Below, piece after piece: positions 59,684 to 63,576 of a stretch of DNA of 63,576 nt (its first letter is position 1; every line of letters starts with the position of its first letter). Under the pieces are notes generated by a model, which saw nothing but the letters and a program-made list of their open reading frames with translations, searched no databases and was not told where the DNA came from. Origin of the DNA: Gekko japonicus (Eukaryota); NCBI RefSeq assembly GCF_001447785.1, contig NW_015164211.1, positions 360,012 through 423,587 of the forward strand, read 5' to 3'. Position numbers and translations under genes: made by a program.

Positions 59684-61253
59684 TGAAAATTTTGGGAGTG
59701 TTTTTTGTTGCCAGGTATAATGGTAGCAGCCAATATTTAGTTAAATAGTTGGCTGTAGTTTCACCTTTTGCTGAAAAATGCCTTCTACTGGACCCGTATT
59801 TTTCTAACTAAATGTTCACTCCAAGAAAAGGCTTATGAGCAACTTGAAAGATGTTACTAAATAGCTGCTCTTTCAATAGTCACATCTGCCGTTTCTCTGG
59901 TACACTGGTAATCGGTCCTGCCTTATTGTTACGGTACTTTCTGCCTCAGAGCATGAGCTCAGACATCTTCTGTTATGTTGCCATTTAAAATCTCTGCTCA
60001 GCATTTGCATCTCCATCACTTCCTTATTTATTTATTTTTTGCCAAGGGGACCAACATGTCTGGTTGAACTACTCTGTGGTAGTAGGTTTAATTGCTGCCC
60101 CTCCCCTTTCTGCTTTTAATACACATGGACTGAACAAGGGCTTTAATGTCACAGAGATCAGACTAGCCACACTGAAAATAAGTGAAGTTTAATAAGAAAA
60201 TAAAAAGAGCACACAGCATAAGTAAACACTGACTGAGCAAGGATAAAAAGAAATGAGGGAAGAAATGCATATTTTAAACCCTAACTCTGTACATATCTCT
60301 ACAGATGGCAATGAGAGATAGGCAATATGTTTTTTTTAAGTTAGAAGCAATTAAAAATCACCCTTTACCTTAGTTTCAGCATCTAGGGGTCATCCCCTGG
60401 TACATTTAGTACCATGGGCTCATGGCCACTTCTTGATATTACAATGGAGTCCTCCTTCGGGAGGTCAAAATGGCCATAAAAGCTTAAGAGAGTTTAATTA
60501 ATATGTTGTTGTTTTTGGCAATCAAGTCACAGCTGATGTATGGCAACCCCATAGGGTTTTCAAGGCAAGAGACATTCAGAGGTGGTTTGCCACTGTCTGC
60601 TTCCGTGCTGCGACCCCGGTATTCCTTGGTGGTATTGCTTGGTGGTCACCCAACCAAATAGTAGCCAGGGCCAACCCTGCTTAGCTTTCGAGATTTGACA
60701 GGATCAGGCTAGCCTGGGCTATTTAGGTGAGGGTTCATGAATATGCTCACAGGTTTTATCTCTCCTTGCCTCCCCCTTTGCAGATCCCATTTTCCTGTCT
60801 GTAGGAAAGTGTTCTTTACACTTTTCTCCTGCAGCTCTATAGCCAGGGTGTAGAGCACTGGCTGCCTGTTGTCCTTTTCCTGGCTAGTGTCATTTCTGTA
60901 GCACTGAATGGCTCTGCACTTGGGAGTGGAATCATGCCCATTTGTGCTTCTCTTCTCCCACTCCGCTGACCAGCATAAGATACTTTTATAAACTCTGAGC
61001 CTATATAGAATGCAGACCCCATTATCCTTTGGAATGGCACACTTTGGCACAAACCCTGGGTGTAAGGCATTTTGCCACAAATCTGAAGCCATGTTATTTA
61101 AGCCAGGTAGCTCTTTTCAGGGAAGAAAAATCTCTTTTTCTAATAATGCATTGTGTATGCTCCTCCACTTATTTGGCCTTTCTGTTCACCCATCATTATT
61201 AATGTATAAAAATGAACATATATTAATTCCAGTCTATTGTTTATATCCAAAAC

Positions 61254-62152
61254 TAGGGATGGGTATGAACCTAAAAAGGGTGGTTTGGTTTGGGGTTTAG
61301 GGTGGCCCACAAAACCGAAAGGACCCTGCCGAAACCAAATTGGTCCTTTCAGTTCCCCCTTCCACTCCTGAGAAAAAGGGGGTGGGGACCACCCTGGAAG
61401 GGACTTACCTTTGCCCTGGCTGCTGGCTCACCAGGGCCAGGAGAAAAGCAGGGAATCCCCAGGGAAAGGACTGTGGCTGGAAGAAGGGAGGCGGGGATCA
61501 CCTGGGAAGTGTTAAATAGTTGCCAGCAATTTAAACCTAATAGAAGCAGAAAAAACAACCTGGGATCACAGATTCTTTTACAGAAAATACAAACACTGTG
61601 ATATGCTAACACATTTAGTAAAACATTTTACAATCAATATATAGATCATATATCACATTATAGAGAAGTACATCCTTATAATATTACAAAGAAAAGTCCA
61701 TCTTCATGATGTTACTACGAGCACCCAGATGCATGCTAATTATCAGCCTCTTGTTACAATTCAGTGTTTATACTGGGAGCAAGCCAGTACTTAACCTCTT
61801 CTCTAAACAGATGCAAAAGCCTTCTGAATTTGGGTGGCAAAATGCTCAGGAGTATTTTACTTTCTTCAAAATTATCCTAGAATAAACCACGGTTATTGAA
61901 ATGAGAAACAACACAAGGCTGAATGGCACTGAATAATTTTTAACATCATTAAATATTATGAAGAATTTACCTCTTAATGCCCACTTAAGGGGGAAAGGAA
62001 GACCTTTCCCTTCAAGGGGGGAGTAAAACCAAGTGTTAAATGGATTGCAGCCATTTAAATCTAATAGCCCAGTCTGCCTTCCCCGAATATCTCCGAACCG
62101 GCCCAAATTTGTGCCGAATTTTGGTTTGTGAATTGGTTCGTACCCATCCTTG
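61254..62152. mobile_element. hAT-type non-autonomous DNA transposon (~900 bp)
   Basis: TIRs TAGGGATGGGTATGAACC / GGTTCGTACCCATCCTTG; perfect 8-bp TSD TCCAAAAC (61246-61253, 62153-62160). Confidence 0.85.
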
Positions 62153-62717
62153 TCCAAAACCTCTTGTCTTAGGTTCTCTTGTATTCCAGTAAGAGAGAAA
62201 GTGAGATTATATCCACATAAAATCTTCTGGAGAGCAAACTTTTCCTCTCACAACCATTTTGACGCTATAATTTTAGACATTGCACAGTTCCCTTTCTGTT
62301 CAGATACTGACTGAATTCATATGTCCTTCCAAAAGCTAGGACTACACTGGTTGAGGCAAACATCCCAACTAAAAACCTGCATTCCTTTTTTATCTCTAGC
62401 TTAAGTGCACAAAACTGCTAATGGGTCCATGGAAATTCAGTACCTTCTGCTTAATTGAGTAACGGAAATGATTCTTCTAATGTTTTCACAAGTCCATCAA
62501 ATATTTAAAAAATAGCATTCCCAGCATTCTCTCACATTTTCAGCAAACATTTTCTTTAAGCCAGAATTGAATAGCCACCAATTTCACAAAATTTTTATCC
62601 TGATTTTTGAAACCTACCCTCCTTATTCCCTCTGTCCTTAATTCACTAGAAACTGTTTCTTATTATCCCTTTTGTCATCTTGCTTGTAATTATGCTTTAG
62701 ACTGTCAGTGTATTGTT

Positions 62718-63576
62718 TAAGAACATAAGAGACGCCAATGTTGGATCAGGCCAAAGGCCCATCCGGTCCAACACTCTGTGTCACACAGTGGCCAGAAATA
62801 CCAGTGCCATCAGGAGGTCCACCAGTGGGGCCAGGACATTAGAAGCCCTCCCACTGTTGACCCCCCCAAGCATCAAGAAGTCAGAGCATCACTTGCCCCA
62901 GAGCCCCTATCTATACCTTGTGGCTAATAGCCACTGATGGACCTCTGCTCCATATGCTTATCTAATTCCCTTTTGAAGCCGTCCATGCTTGTAGCCATCA
63001 CCACTTCCTGTGGCAGTGAATTCCATATGTTAATCACTCTTTGGGTGAAGAAGTACTTAATTTTATCCGTTCTAACCCAACCACTCAGCAATTTCATTGA
63101 GTGCCCACGAGTTCTTGTATTGTGAGAAAGGGAGAAAAGTACCTCTTTCTCTACCTGCTCTATCCCATGCATAATCTTATAAACCTCAATCATGTCTCCC
63201 CTCAGTCATTGTTTCTCCAAGCTAAAGAGCCCTAAGCGCTTTAACCTTTCCTCATAGGGAAAGTGTTCCAACCCTTTTATCATTCTAGTTGCCCTTTTCT
63301 GCACTTTTTCCAAAGCTATAATATCCTTTTTAAGGTGTGGTGACCAGAACTGCACACAGTATTCCAAATGAGGTCACAACATTGATTTATATAGGGGCAT
63401 TATGATATTGGCTGATCTGTTTTCAATACCCTTCCTAATAATCCCCAGCATAGCATTGGCCTTTTTTATTGCAGTCACACACTGTCTCGACATTTTCAGT
63501 GAGTTATCTACTACAACTCCAAGATCTCTCTCTTGATCAGTCTCTGCCAGTTCAGACCCCATCAATGTGTATTTAT
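62718..63576 (-). mobile_element. CR1 LINE 3' end (ORF2 C-terminus plus 3'UTR), runs off the window
   Basis: ERDLGVVVDNSLKMSRQC..AIKKANAMLGII..PLYKS; EVYKIMHG..RTRGHSMKL..FFTQRVINIWNSLP..FKRELDKHM; TCTTATGTTCTTA-type tail. Confidence 0.93.

Overview
This is eukaryotic (vertebrate) genomic DNA, almost certainly from a squamate reptile. The SINE/MITE repertoire suggests a gecko-like lizard, which is an inference. The draft assembly has N-gaps. The window holds the conserved SPAST-DPY30-MEMO1 block. SPAST coding exon 1 is on the minus strand (927 to about 523, donor lost in a gap), head-to-head with a complete DPY30 gene (+, 4 coding exons, 99 aa). A complete MEMO1 gene follows (+, 9 coding exons, ATG 32034 to TGA 58444). 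Introns and intergenic DNA are full of transposons: a long CR1 LINE interrupted by a BovB/RTE LINE, L2 and CR1 3' fragments, Sauria, tRNA-derived and 5S-derived SINEs, hAT and Harbinger MITEs with clean TSDs, Penelope ends and a probable Academ-type fossil. The most striking anomaly is MEMO1 coding exon 7. Sixteen conserved codons are replaced by a 36-bp tandem duplication that spans the splice donor, leaving two in-frame donors; this is either a real lineage-specific remodelling or an assembly artefact. Other notable observations are the overlapping uORF and dual-ATG layout of SPAST, a helically phased array of 7 CCAAT boxes at MEMO1, hammerhead-ribozyme relics, and multi-level nested insertions. 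I found no prokaryote-type system such as CRISPR, and I cannot claim a wholly new biological system from sequence alone.
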